From an uncultured Acidobacteriota bacterium (GTDB lineage Bacteria; Acidobacteriota; Vicinamibacteria; Vicinamibacterales; CAVVIG01), in contig CAVXGU010000004.1 of assembly GCA_963761615.1 (NCBI GenBank), positions 543,537 to 607,536 of the forward strand: a stretch of DNA of 64,000 bases, given 5' to 3'. The notes under the pieces were generated by a model. That model was not told the origin of the DNA and ran no database searches. It worked only from the letters and a program-made list of their open reading frames with translations. Positions 18,704-28,186 of the stretch are shown here, in pieces; the stretch's first letter is position 1, and each line of letters opens with the position of its first letter. A program made the translations under genes and the position numbers.

Positions 18704-20857
18704 ATGGGACGAACGCTCACTCGATTGACGGTAGCGTGCGGGCTACTGGCGGCGGCAGTGTGGGGGATGCCGACGCTTTCCGGCCAGACGCAGCAGTCGT
18801 ACGCACCGAGCACTGCGAAAGGCGAGTGGCCGAGCTACACGGGCAGCCTGGATGGCAGCCGGTACTCACCGCTCGACCAGATCAACGCCAGCAACTTCAA
18901 GAACCTCGAGATTGCCTGGACGTTCAGCACCGATAACCTGGGCCCGCGCCCCGAGAACAAGCTCGAGGGCACGCCGATCATGGTCAACGGCACGCTGTAC
19001 GCGACGGCAGGCACCAGCCGTTCCGTCGTCGCGCTCAACCCGACGACCGGCCAGTTGCTGTGGGCCTACCATCTCGATGAGGGCGAGCGCGCCACGCGGT
19101 GGGCGCCCCGTCAGCTGTCGGGCCGCGGGCTGTCCTACTGGACCGACGGACACGGCGACGAGCGCGTCATCTACATCACGATCGGCTACCGGCTGGTCGA
19201 GCTGAACGCCAAGACGGGCCGTCCGATCGAGACCTTCGGCACGCACGGCATCCTCGACCTGAAGGTCGGCGCCTACATCGGCAACGACAAGCAGGTGGAC
19301 CTCGAAAAGGCCGAGATCGGCGTGCACTCGACGCCGACCGTCGTCAACGACACGGTGATCGTCGGGTCGTCGATGTTCGAGGGGCTGGGCTACCGCTACA
19401 GCACGAACGTCAAGGGGCTGGTGCGCGCGTTCGACGTGCGGACGGGCAAGCAGCTCTGGCGGTTCAACACGATCCCGAAGCCGGGCGAGTTCGGCAACGA
19501 GACGTGGGAAGAGGGCTCGTGGGAGTACACCGGCAACGTCGGCGTGTGGACGCAGATCAGCGTCGACCCGGCGAACAACCTCGTGTACCTCCCGGTCGAG
19601 ACGCCGACGATCGACGAGTACGGCGGCAACCGGCCCGGCAACGACCTGTTCGCCGAGAGCATCGTCGCCGTCGACCTGCACACCGGCCAGCGCAAGTGGT
19701 ACTTCCAGCAGGTGCACCACGGCCTGTGGGACGACGACAACTCGTCGGCGTCGCTCCTGATTGACACGTCGGTCAACGGGCAGCCGCGCAAGCTCCTGGC
19801 GCAGCCGACCAAGCAGGGCTGGCTGTACGTCTTCGACCGGATCACGGGCCAGCCGATCTGGCCGATCCCGGAGACGCCGGTTCCGCAGACCGACATCCCG
19901 GGCGAGAAGACGTCGCCCACGCAGCCGATTCCTTCGGCGCCTCCGCCCTACTCGCGGACGTTCATCAGCACCAACGACGTGGTCGACTTCACGCCGGCCA
20001 TCCACCAGCAGGCGCTCGACAACCTGAGCCACTACCGCTGGGAGCAGTCGCCGTTCGTGCCGCCGACCGGTCCGAACTCGAAGTGGGCTGGGGCGATCAA
20101 CATCGGCAACACCAGCGGCGGCATCAACTGGCCGGGCGCGGGCTTCGACCCGGAGACGGGCATCGCCTACATGCCGGCCAACGACTCGAACGTCAGCATC
20201 GGGAGCTTCACTGAAGAAGAGTTCGAAGCGATCCGTGTCGAGAACCAGACCCAGCCGCGGAAGCCGCGCTGGGAGGCCGAGCCGAACTACGGGCTGCCCA
20301 GCGCGCGTGGCGCCGAGGCGGGTCGCGGCGGTCGTGGCGCGGCGGGCCGCGGTGCGGCAGCCGGCCGCGGCGGTCGCGGTGCGGCGGCGGGAGGCCGTGG
20401 CGGGTTCGTCGGCGGTCGCGGCGGCCTCACGCAGGGCCTGGACGGTCTTCCGATCGTCAAGCCGCCCTACGGCGTGCTGTCGGCGATCGATCTGAAGGAC
20501 GGTAAGCTGCTGTTCTCGGTGCCGGCCGGTGACACGCCGGACAACATCAAGAACAACCCGCTGCTCAAGGGCCTCAACATCCCGAAGACCGGCCAGGGCG
20601 GCAACGTCGGCGAGCTGATCACGAAGACGGTCGTGGTCGTCGGCGAGCCGCAGGAGACCACCCAGCCCGACGGCACGCGCGCCGCGAAGCTGGTGGCCTA
20701 CAACAAGCAGACGGGCGCGGTCGAGGGCGAAGTGCTGATGCCGGCGCATCAGAGCGGGTCGCCGATGACCTACTCGATCAACGGCAAGCAGTACATTGTC
20801 GTCGCGGTGAGCGGCAACGGTGGCGGCGGCCGGTACGTCGCCTACAGCCTGCCCTAG
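18704..20857 (+). CDS. PQQ-dependent dehydrogenase, paralogue 2
   Basis: RBS GGAGG, signal peptide, and the same propeller motifs as paralogue 1. Colinear along the full length. Confidence 0.8.
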   Translation: MGRTLTRLTVACGLLAAAVWGMPTLSGQTQQSYAPSTAKGEWPSYTGSLDGSRYSPLDQINASNFKNLEIAWTFSTDNLGPRPENKLEGTPIMVNGTLYATAGTSRSVVALNPTTGQLLWAYHLDEGERATRWAPRQLSGRGLSYWTDGHGDERVIYITIGYRLVELNAKTGRPIETFGTHGILDLKVGAYIGNDKQVDLEKAEIGVHSTPTVVNDTVIVGSSMFEGLGYRYSTNVKGLVRAFDVRTGKQLWRFNTIPKPGEFGNETWEEGSWEYTGNVGVWTQISVDPANNLVYLPVETPTIDEYGGNRPGNDLFAESIVAVDLHTGQRKWYFQQVHHGLWDDDNSSASLLIDTSVNGQPRKLLAQPTKQGWLYVFDRITGQPIWPIPETPVPQTDIPGEKTSPTQPIPSAPPPYSRTFISTNDVVDFTPAIHQQALDNLSHYRWEQSPFVPPTGPNSKWAGAINIGNTSGGINWPGAGFDPETGIAYMPANDSNVSIGSFTEEEFEAIRVENQTQPRKPRWEAEPNYGLPSARGAEAGRGGRGAAGRGAAAGRGGRGAAAGGRGGFVGGRGGLTQGLDGLPIVKPPYGVLSAIDLKDGKLLFSVPAGDTPDNIKNNPLLKGLNIPKTGQGGNVGELITKTVVVVGEPQETTQPDGTRAAKLVAYNKQTGAVEGEVLMPAHQSGSPMTYSINGKQYIVVAVSGNGGGGRYVAYSLP

Positions 20858-20885
20858 GACAGGGACACACCGGAGTACCGACCGG

Positions 20886-20926
20886 GGGGAGCGGATCGAC
20901 AGAATCCGCTCCCCCTTTCTATTTCT
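20886..20926 (+). terminator. Rho-independent terminator between convergent genes
   Basis: Stem ggggagcggat / atccgctcccc with loop cgacaga, followed by ctttctatttct. Confidence 0.7.
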
Positions 20927-21749
20927 GCAGGGTGTCTTTGACGCGGCCGAGCATGAAGCCGAGCGCTTCCTTCGGTACCTTGGTGATGAACGGCTTGATG
21001 ATCCAGCCGAGGGCGAAGGGCACGTCGCGCGAGAGCGACACCGACTCGCACTGGACGTAGGTCCCGCCGTCGCGTTCGAGAAACCGCCAGTACGTGTTCA
21101 TCGCCCAGAGGAAGCCGCTGTCGTGGCCGGGTTGTCGCTCGTGCTCGTCCGGCCCGCCAGGGTCGGCGACCTCGGTCACCTTCGTGCTGCGGATGCTGCT
21201 GTAGGCGCGGTCGGAGGCCGGACGGACGAACTCCACCTCGTTCTCGGTGTCAATCGTCGCCGAGATCACGGTCTTCATGTGGAAGCGGAGGAACACCCGG
21301 AAGTGATCGCCGTCGCGGCTCAGCGTCTTCGACTGGACGATCGCCGGCGAGAAGATTCTCGCGTGGTCGTCGTAATCCTGCATCAGCGAGACGGCGGCGG
21401 CGACCGTCGCGCCCGGCACGAAGACGACGCCGATCCAGTCGTGAATCAGCCCGTCGTCGATCTTGACGGCGTGGCCGGCGTCGAGGGTCGTCATCTTCTC
21501 GACGACCACCAGCCCCCGCTGCAGCCGCGAGAGAACGTCGCGCCGTTTCCCGGCGTCGGTGATGGTGTCGGACCAGAGGAACGACGAGGGCTCGGCGACC
21601 TCGGTCGCGATCCGGCGGTCGGTCAACTCCACGTAGCGCTGGAACGACGCCAGGGTGTGCGGCTGCAGGTCGGCGGCTGCGGCCGGACGCGCCGCCAGCG
21701 CGGCCAGCGCACACGCGCCCGCGAAGGACGACGTTCGCCGACGCATCAT
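20919..21749 (-). CDS. Secreted protein of unknown function
   Basis: 276-aa ORF with signal peptide MMRRRTSSFAGACALAALAARPAAAA. Balanced composition with many K/E/F/Y/W, unlike the junk frames. No motif recognised. Confidence 0.65.
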   Translation of the reverse strand: MMRRRTSSFAGACALAALAARPAAAADLQPHTLASFQRYVELTDRRIATEVAEPSSFLWSDTITDAGKRRDVLSRLQRGLVVVEKMTTLDAGHAVKIDDGLIHDWIGVVFVPGATVAAAVSLMQDYDDHARIFSPAIVQSKTLSRDGDHFRVFLRFHMKTVISATIDTENEVEFVRPASDRAYSSIRSTKVTEVADPGGPDEHERQPGHDSGFLWAMNTYWRFLERDGGTYVQCESVSLSRDVPFALGWIIKPFITKVPKEALGFMLGRVKDTLQK

Positions 21750-21807
21750 GTCGTGAATCTAGCACAGGGGCGTTCGGCCGCCCGGCGTTGGGTAGAATGC
21801 CTGTATC

Positions 21808-22698
21808 GTGTCGATTGACGGCGCGCCCGTCCTCGAGCTCACCGACGCCGTCGTCGTCAAGGACGGGGCGCGCGCGCTCGACGGTCTGACGCTCACGATC
21901 CGGACCGGCCAGCACACGGCCATCGTCGGACCCAACGGCTCCGGCAAGACGACGCTCGTCAATCTGCTGACCCACCACGACCGGGCGCTCGCGCGGCCGG
22001 GCGGCCCAGCGCCCGTGCGGGTGTTCGGGGGAGAGCGCTGGGACGTCTTCGACCTGCGGTCGCGCCTGGGCGTCGTGTCCGCCGACCTCCATCAGCGGTT
22101 CGTCGCGGGGAACAGCAACGGACGCATCCGGGGCGAGGACGCCGTGGTGTCGGCGTTCTTCTCGAGCCACGGCGTCCAGGCGCACGTGCGCGTGACGGCG
22201 GCCATGCGCCGGCGCGCCGGCGAGGCGCTCGACCGCGTCGGCGCCAGCCACCTCGCGGACCGCACGATGGACCGGATGTCGACGGGGGAGGCGCGTCGCA
22301 TCCTGATCGCCCGCGCGCTGGTCCGCGAGCCGGCCGCCCTGGTGCTCGACGAGCCCACGGCGGGTCTCGACGTGGTGGCGCGCCACCGCTTTCTCCACGA
22401 TGTGAACCGCGTGGCGGCGGAAGGGACCACGCTCGTGCTGGTCACCCACCACGTGGAGGAAATCGTGCCCGAGATCGACCGGGTGGTGCTGATCAAGGCA
22501 GGCCGGGTGGCGGCCGACGGACCCAAGGCCGCGATGCTCGCCGACGGCCCGCTGAGCGACGCCTTCGGCGCGCCGATCACCGTCGGCCGCGACGGCGCCC
22601 ACTACTTCATGCGGGCCTACGGCGCTTTCGAGATCGGTGTCGCCCCGAGATCGGTGTCGCCGCGGACCTTCAGGTCCGCCGATGCGGAGCCGACCTGA
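21808..22698 (+). CDS. ABC transporter ATP-binding protein (stand-alone, ModF-like)
   Basis: Walker A GPNGSGKTT, signature MSTGEARR, Walker B LVLDEPTAGLD, H-loop VTHH. The last ~25 codons and the stop are encoded by repeat copy A. Confidence 0.8.
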   Translation: MSIDGAPVLELTDAVVVKDGARALDGLTLTIRTGQHTAIVGPNGSGKTTLVNLLTHHDRALARPGGPAPVRVFGGERWDVFDLRSRLGVVSADLHQRFVAGNSNGRIRGEDAVVSAFFSSHGVQAHVRVTAAMRRRAGEALDRVGASHLADRTMDRMSTGEARRILIARALVREPAALVLDEPTAGLDVVARHRFLHDVNRVAAEGTTLVLVTHHVEEIVPEIDRVVLIKAGRVAADGPKAAMLADGPLSDAFGAPITVGRDGAHYFMRAYGAFEIGVAPRSVSPRTFRSADAEPT

Positions 22699-22734
22699 AG
22701 GTCGGCCGCCACAGCGAAACGAAGACGGCTCGAG
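22617..22734 (+). mobile_element. MITE-like repeat, copy A (twin-hairpin element)
   Basis: ctacggcgctttcgagatcgg...gcggaccttcaggtccgc...gccgacctgaaggtcggc...cgaaacgaagacggctcgag. Alignable by eye to copies at 24763-24863 (reverse) and 49759-49876. Confidence 0.7.
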
Positions 22735-22749
22735 CCGGGCGCACGGGCC

Positions 22750-23121
22750 TCAGAACGACGCGATCAACAGACAGGCCCAGCCGGCGAGGAACGCGACGCC
22801 GCCGATCGGCGTGATCGCGCCGAGGATGGATACGCCGGACACGGCGAGCGCGTAGAGGCTGCCGGAGAAGAGCACGATGCCCGCGGTGAAGGACCAGCCC
22901 GCGGCGGGCAGCAGCCGGCTGTCGACGCGCCCGATGAGCGCCGCGACCGCGAGGATCGCCAGCGCGTGATACATCTGGTATCGCACGCCGGTTTCGAAGA
23001 CGGCGAGCATGTCGGGGGAGAGCCGCCCGCGCAGGCCGTGCGCCGCGAACGCACCGAGCCCGACGCCCGTCGCGCCCGCGAGCGCGCCGACGAAGAGAAA
23101 TGTTCGAGTCATAGACAACAC
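22750..23121 (-). CDS. DUF423-family small membrane protein
   Basis: Four predicted TM helices. LGAFAAHGL motif typical of DUF423/YgdD. An alternative start is MTRTFLF (23112). Confidence 0.7.
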   Translation of the reverse strand: MLSMTRTFLFVGALAGATGVGLGAFAAHGLRGRLSPDMLAVFETGVRYQMYHALAILAVAALIGRVDSRLLPAAGWSFTAGIVLFSGSLYALAVSGVSILGAITPIGGVAFLAGWACLLIASF

Positions 23122-23169
23122 GGCATGATATCAGCGAACCGGAGCACACCGGGAACCTGGGAGGTCCAC

Positions 23170-23598
23170 ATGATGGCACGACGGCAGTTGCTGGGCGGCG
23201 CCGTACTCGGTGGATGGCTCGGCGCCGAGGCGCTGCAGGCCCGTCCCGCAGCGGCGGCTCAACTGGACGACGAGGCGCGACGCATCGAGGACATCGTCGG
23301 CAAGCTGGGCGCGCTGCGCGACGCGATGGTCTCGCAGAGCGACTTCCACGAGATTGCGGCCGTCCGTGACCAGCAGAAGCAGTTCCTCCGAGCCCAGGGC
23401 AAGTTCCCCGACTTCATCGAAGTCGGCACCGACGTCTGGTTCGACGTCTACGACTGGCACTTGCGCAACCGGCTGGTTCCGACTGTGGGCACCGACGCCA
23501 GCGGCCGCTACACGATCACGCTGCTGACGACGACCGTGATCATGCGTCCCGACATGCCGCAGTCACGCTACGTCGGGCTGCCCTACGATGCGCGTTGA
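23170..23598 (+). CDS. Small exported protein of unknown function (TAT-like signal)
   Basis: RBS GGAGG 7 nt before ATG 23170. N-terminus MMARRQLLGGAVLGGWLGAEALQARPAAAA. Balanced composition thereafter. Overlaps the next ORF by 11 nt. Confidence 0.55.
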   Translation: MMARRQLLGGAVLGGWLGAEALQARPAAAAQLDDEARRIEDIVGKLGALRDAMVSQSDFHEIAAVRDQQKQFLRAQGKFPDFIEVGTDVWFDVYDWHLRNRLVPTVGTDASGRYTITLLTTTVIMRPDMPQSRYVGLPYDAR

Positions 23599-24766
23599 CG
23601 GGGCCGAGGCGTCTGGCCCCTACAATAGCCGGATGACCGAGGCCTATCCGGCGGCCCGCGCCGCGGCGCCGCGCATCCGGGCGCACTTCGTCCGGCACCT
23701 CGAGGCGGCACGCGATCGCGGCCTCTCGCCGTCGACGGTCGTGCCCTCGGTCGACGCGCTCGAGACGATCCTGAACGCGGCGTTCTGGGGCAGCCTGCGG
23801 CGCGAAGAAGGCTACGTCCCGAAGATCTCGCTCGCGCTCGTGTCCCCGACGCAGGCGCCGGCGTCGCTGCTCTTCGAGCGGCCGCTGGCGCTCGGCCCCG
23901 TGGCGCTGGCGCGTGTCGCGCCGGCGGTCGAGCGTGCCGGTGTGCATCTCGGCGTCTGGCCCGGCGGCGACGGCCTCGCCGTCTGGGGGACCACGCGCGC
24001 GATCCCGACGTACTGCCTGGTCGTCGAAGTCGCCGAGCCGGGGCTCATCGTGGTGAAGCACCAGCGCGGGGCGGAGGACTCCGGCAAGTTCGTCAACATC
24101 GCCGTGCTCGAGGGCGACGAGGTCAAGCTGATCGACGAGGACGCGTCGCGTCGCCCCGAGTGTCCACCGATTCTCGCGGCCATGCTGGGGGCGGGCGATC
24201 GCGACGATCGCGCCGGCGTCAACGTGCCGGTGCAGATCGCGGTATCGATGCGCGCCCATCGCCGGGGCGGCATCCTGCTCGTCGTGCCGTCGGATGGCGA
24301 CGCCTGGCGTGAATCGATCGTGAAGCCGATCGCCTACGCGGCGTCTCCGCCCTTTGCCGAGCTCGCGGACCTGATGGCGGCGGCCCCGGGGGAGTATCCG
24401 CACCGCTGGTACGAGGCCGTGGCCGGCGCGGTGGACGTGCTCGGCGGCCTCACGGCCGTCGACGGCGCCGCGATCATGACCACCCGCTACCATGTCCTCG
24501 CCTTCGGCGCGAAGATCGCGAGGCGCGACGCCGCACCGCAGGTCGAGCGGGTCGTGGCGACCGAACCGGTCGAGGGCCGCCCGGCGATCGAGCTGCACCC
24601 GACCCTGCTCGGCGGCACGCGCCACCTGTCGGCGGCGCAGTTCGTCCAGGATCAGCGCGACGCCGTCGCGATGGTGGCGTCGCAGGACGGGCGCTTCACG
24701 ATCTTCGCGTGGTCGCCCTCGGAGGGCATGGTCCACGCCCACCGGGCGGAAGCCCTGTTGCTCTAG
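23588..24766 (+). CDS. Diadenylate-cyclase-like (DisA_N/DAC) protein with an uncharacterised N-terminal sensor-type domain
   Basis: The C-terminal ~150 aa carry RGGILLVVPS, AVDGAAIM (DGA motif) and LGGTRHLSAAQF (GTRHxxA motif, RHL instead of RHR). An alternative start is MTEAYPAA at 23633. Confidence 0.6.
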   Translation: MRVDGAEASGPYNSRMTEAYPAARAAAPRIRAHFVRHLEAARDRGLSPSTVVPSVDALETILNAAFWGSLRREEGYVPKISLALVSPTQAPASLLFERPLALGPVALARVAPAVERAGVHLGVWPGGDGLAVWGTTRAIPTYCLVVEVAEPGLIVVKHQRGAEDSGKFVNIAVLEGDEVKLIDEDASRRPECPPILAAMLGAGDRDDRAGVNVPVQIAVSMRAHRRGGILLVVPSDGDAWRESIVKPIAYAASPPFAELADLMAAAPGEYPHRWYEAVAGAVDVLGGLTAVDGAAIMTTRYHVLAFGAKIARRDAAPQVERVVATEPVEGRPAIELHPTLLGGTRHLSAAQFVQDQRDAVAMVASQDGRFTIFAWSPSEGMVHAHRAEALLL

Positions 24767-24863
24767 CGCGGTTTTCGTTTCGCTGTAGCGGCCGACCTTC
24801 AGGTCGGCTTCGCATTGGCGGACCTGAAGGTCCGCGGCTACCCCGATCTCGAAAACGCCGTAG
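24763..24863 (-). mobile_element. MITE-like repeat, copy B (reverse orientation)
   Basis: Fills the whole spacer between the convergent DAC-like gene and dut. Its terminal ctag supplies the TAG stop of the DAC-like gene. Confidence 0.7.
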
Positions 24864-24865
24864 CC

Positions 24866-25315
24866 TCAGTGTCCCGTATGTCCGAAGCCGCCGGAGCCCC
24901 TGGGTGTCTCCGGAAGCTCCGCGACGATCTGCCACTCCACCTGCGCCACCGGAGCGATGACGAGCTGGGCGATCCGCATCCCCGAGGTGACGATGAACGG
25001 CTCGGGACCGTGATTCACGAGCAGCACCTTCACCTCGCCGCGGTAGTCGCTGTCGATCGTTCCAGGCGCGTTCAGCACGGTGACGCCGTGGCGGCTGGCC
25101 AGGCCCGATCGCGGCCGCACCTGGCCCTCGAACCCCGGGGGAATCGCGATCGCAAACCCGCAGCCGATGAGCTGCCAGCGTCCGGGCTCGAGACGCACGG
25201 GGGCGTCGATGGCGGCGGGCAGATCCATGCCGGCGGCTCGCTCCGAGAAGTACTCCGGGAGCGGAGCGTCCGCCGATCCGGCGAAACGGGTGATGGGTAC
25301 GCGCAGCGTCGGCAT
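24866..25315 (-). CDS. dut: dUTP diphosphatase
   Basis: 149 aa. Motifs AAGMDL, RSGLASRHGV, GTIDSDYRGEV, and a C-terminal RGSGGFGHTG. Confidence 0.92.
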   Translation of the reverse strand: MPTLRVPITRFAGSADAPLPEYFSERAAGMDLPAAIDAPVRLEPGRWQLIGCGFAIAIPPGFEGQVRPRSGLASRHGVTVLNAPGTIDSDYRGEVKVLLVNHGPEPFIVTSGMRIAQLVIAPVAQVEWQIVAELPETPRGSGGFGHTGH

Positions 25316-25330
25316 GGGGGAGTCCGGGGG

Positions 25331-27095
25331 TCAGTATAGCGAACGACGGCGCCAGAGCCAGGCAGCCGCGGCCAGCCCCGACACGAGGAGCAGCGCCCCG
25401 CCCCCCAGGCCGGGCGGGAAGAACGAGAAGGCGAACGTGCCGGCCGCCCCAGGGAGGAGGACGACCGAGGGCCGCCCCGATCGATCCCGCACGACCGGGC
25501 CCGCCGTGCTGCTCCAGCCCTCGACATCGTTCTCGTTGAGCATGATCGCGGCCGGCGCGTCGCCGACGGTTACCGCGAACTCCACGCGGTTCGGAGAGAA
25601 GCGGGTCCTGAAGATCCGGGCGTCGCCGTTGGCCACCACGATCGGCTGCCGCGGGTTGGCGACCCGGCGCACCTCGAGGGGCTCGTAGCAGTTGTAGAAC
25701 GCCTGACCGGACATGAGCGACCGGAACATCTTCGATCCCGCGCCGGTCGGATTGCGTTCCAGGTCGTACGTCGGCGGTCCCGGCCGCGCCAGCAGGTGGA
25801 AGCCCGCCGGCGCCGGATCGAAGCGAAACAGGTTCTCGAAGCGCCACCGATTGGCTAGGGCGAGCTGCCCGACGATCGCGGCGGCGAGGACAGCCGCCGT
25901 CACGCCGGCCGTCCGGCCGGCGAGCAGCGGGTCCAGGCCCCGCGCCGCCCATCCGGCGGCGACGACCCCGAACAGGGCGAACGCAATGCTGAAGCGACTG
26001 GGAATGCGGAAGCTCGAGAAGAACGGGAGGCGGGAGAGGAGCGCCGCCGGCGCGACACGGCTGAAGTTGCCGAAGGAGACGACGAGGAGCGCGAGGGCGG
26101 TGATCGAGATCGCTCGCCCGATCCAGGGCTCGCGACGCCCGGGCCGGATCAGCGTCCACACGAGGCCGAATGCAATCGCGAGCCCGCCCGGCCAGCCCAC
26201 GTAGTTGCCGTACTCCTGCCACCCGTAATGCTGGCCGGGAAACGGCGGGTCGTCGGCGTGATCGGCGTCGAAGTAGGTGTGCCAGGCGATCTGCGCCGAG
26301 ATGCGGTCCGCGGATCGCGATCTCGCGTCCACGAACCGATCGCTCGTGACGAAGAGGGACGTCGGGACCAGCCGCGGGCCGGCGCAGGCGGCGCCGACGC
26401 CGAGGACGACCGCGGCGACGACCACCGGACGCCAGTCGCGCCACAGGAGGCCGGCCGACGCGGCGAACACGCTCGTCGAGACGATGACGAGCGGCACGAC
26501 GTGAAGCCCGCCCGCGTACACGATCCACGCGAAGACACCGGCGCCGGCGACCGCGTCGCGCAGCGAACCCGACCGGAGCGAGTGCAGGAGGAACAGCAGC
26601 AGAAGCGGCAGGTAGAACGCCGGGAGGAAGACGCTGTGCCCCGCGGCGACGTGCAGCGCCAGGGCGCCCGAGAGCACGAACACCGACGAGAGGCACACCA
26701 CGAGCGGCAGCGACGAGAGGCCGACCCCTTCGGTGAGCAGCAGGTGCATGCCCACGAACCCGACCACGTAGTGGATCACCACGTTCACCTTCATCGCCAG
26801 CGCGAGCGGCATCAACCCGGCGAGCGGGTACGCGGGGCTCACCAGCGCGACCTGCGGGTTCTGCCACAGCACGTCTCCCCCGCAGTACCACGGGTTCCAG
26901 AACGGGGGTTGGCCGGTACTCGACGATGCTCTTGAGCACCGACCCGTAATAGAACAAGTGCTGATCCCAGTCGAAGAGTCCGAGGTTGTCGGGGTGCGAG
27001 AAGAGCGGCGCACAGAACGCCACGCTGATGGCGGCGTACAGCAGGCCGAGGAAGGTTGGACGTCTCCAGCGGGCGACCCGCCAGCGATGACCCAC
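25331..27095 (-). pseudogene. Large polytopic membrane protein (function unknown, possibly GT-C-like glycosyltransferase); frame broken near 26915
   Basis: The N-terminus MGHRWRVARWRRPTFLGLLYAAISVAFCAPLFSHPDNLGLFDWDQHLFYYGSVLKSIVEY is in the frame of ORF 24696..27095. It continues as GQPPFWNPWYCGGDVLWQNPQ... in ORF 25331..27013. The junction is gagtacCggccaaccc. Confidence 0.6.
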
Positions 27096-27178
27096 GGCGC
27101 GATATTCTAGCGCCGGTTCCCCGCTCGCCCCGTTGCCCGCGGAGCGTGTACCGTAAGGAGAACGTCAGGAGGCAGGGC

Positions 27179-28186
27179 ATGCAAATCGGAATGGTCGGGC
27201 TGGGGCGCATGGGCGCCAACATGGTGCGCCGCGTCATGGCTCGCGGCATCCGCTGCGCGGGCTTCGATCCGTCACCCGGTGCCGTGAAGGCGGTCGCGCA
27301 GGACGGCATGACGGCGTGCGGCTCCCTCGCCGAGCTGGTGGACGCCCTCGAGGCGCCCCGCGCGATTTGCCTGATGGTGCCGGTCGGCGTCGTCTCGCGG
27401 GTGCTCGACGAGCTCGTGCCGCTGCTCGGCGCGGGCGACGCCGTCATCGACGGCGGGAACTCGCACTACCAGGACGACATCACCCGCTTCGACCGCCTGC
27501 GCGCCCTCGGACTGCACTACGTGGACATGGGGACGAGCGGCGGCGTCTGGGGGCTCGAGCGCGGCTTCTGCCTGATGATCGGCGGCGAGCCGGAGATCGT
27601 CGGTCGCCTGGATCCGTTCTTCGCCGCCCTGGCGCCCGGCGCGGACGCGGTGCCCCCGACGCCTGGCCGGCCCGACGACACGGCCGCGAAGGGCTACCTG
27701 CACTGCGGCCCTCCTGGCGCCGGCCACTTCGTGAAGATGGTCCATAACGGAATCGAATACGGGATCATGGCGGCGTACGCCGAGGGCCTCAACATCCTCA
27801 ACCACGCGAACGCAGGCAGGACCGACCGCCCCGTCAACGCGGAGACGGCGCCGCTCCGGCACCCGGAGTGGTATCGATACGAGCTCGACCTCGGCGCCAT
27901 CGCGGACGTCTGGCGGCGCGGCAGCGTGATCGCGTCGTGGCTGCTCGACCTCACGGCCGCCGCCTTTGCCAAGGACCCGGCGCTCGGCGGCTTCGAGGGC
28001 CGGGTGTCGGACTCGGGCGAGGGCCGCTGGACGCTGGAGGCCGCCAACGAACTGGCCGTGCCCGCGCACGTCCTGGCGTCGGCGCTCTTCGAGCGGTTTG
28101 CGTCGCGCGGCGAAGGCGAATTCGCCGACAAGGTGCTCTCGGCGATGCGCTTCGGCTTCGGCGGCCACGTGGAGGTCAAGTCATGA
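27179..28186 (+). CDS. gnd: 6-phosphogluconate dehydrogenase, decarboxylating (short YqeC/Gnd-like form)
   Basis: [15 protein letters not shown] Rossmann N-terminus, [42 protein letters not shown] lies upstream. Confidence 0.88.
   Translation: MQIGMVGLGRMGANMVRRVMARGIRCAGFDPSPGAVKAVAQDGMTACGSLAELVDALEAPRAICLMVPVGVVSRVLDELVPLLGAGDAVIDGGNSHYQDDITRFDRLRALGLHYVDMGTSGGVWGLERGFCLMIGGEPEIVGRLDPFFAALAPGADAVPPTPGRPDDTAAKGYLHCGPPGAGHFVKMVHNGIEYGIMAAYAEGLNILNHANAGRTDRPVNAETAPLRHPEWYRYELDLGAIADVWRRGSVIASWLLDLTAAAFAKDPALGGFEGRVSDSGEGRWTLEAANELAVPAHVLASALFERFASRGEGEFADKVLSAMRFGFGGHVEVKS

Noticed and set aside
13543-20749. Long antisense ORFs 13543..16299(+), 16197..18326(-) and 18866..20749(-)
   Set aside because: They lie opposite the Mo-enzyme and both PQQ dehydrogenases. 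They have junk composition, and the two PQQ-antisense ORFs mirror each other only because the sense genes are paralogous.
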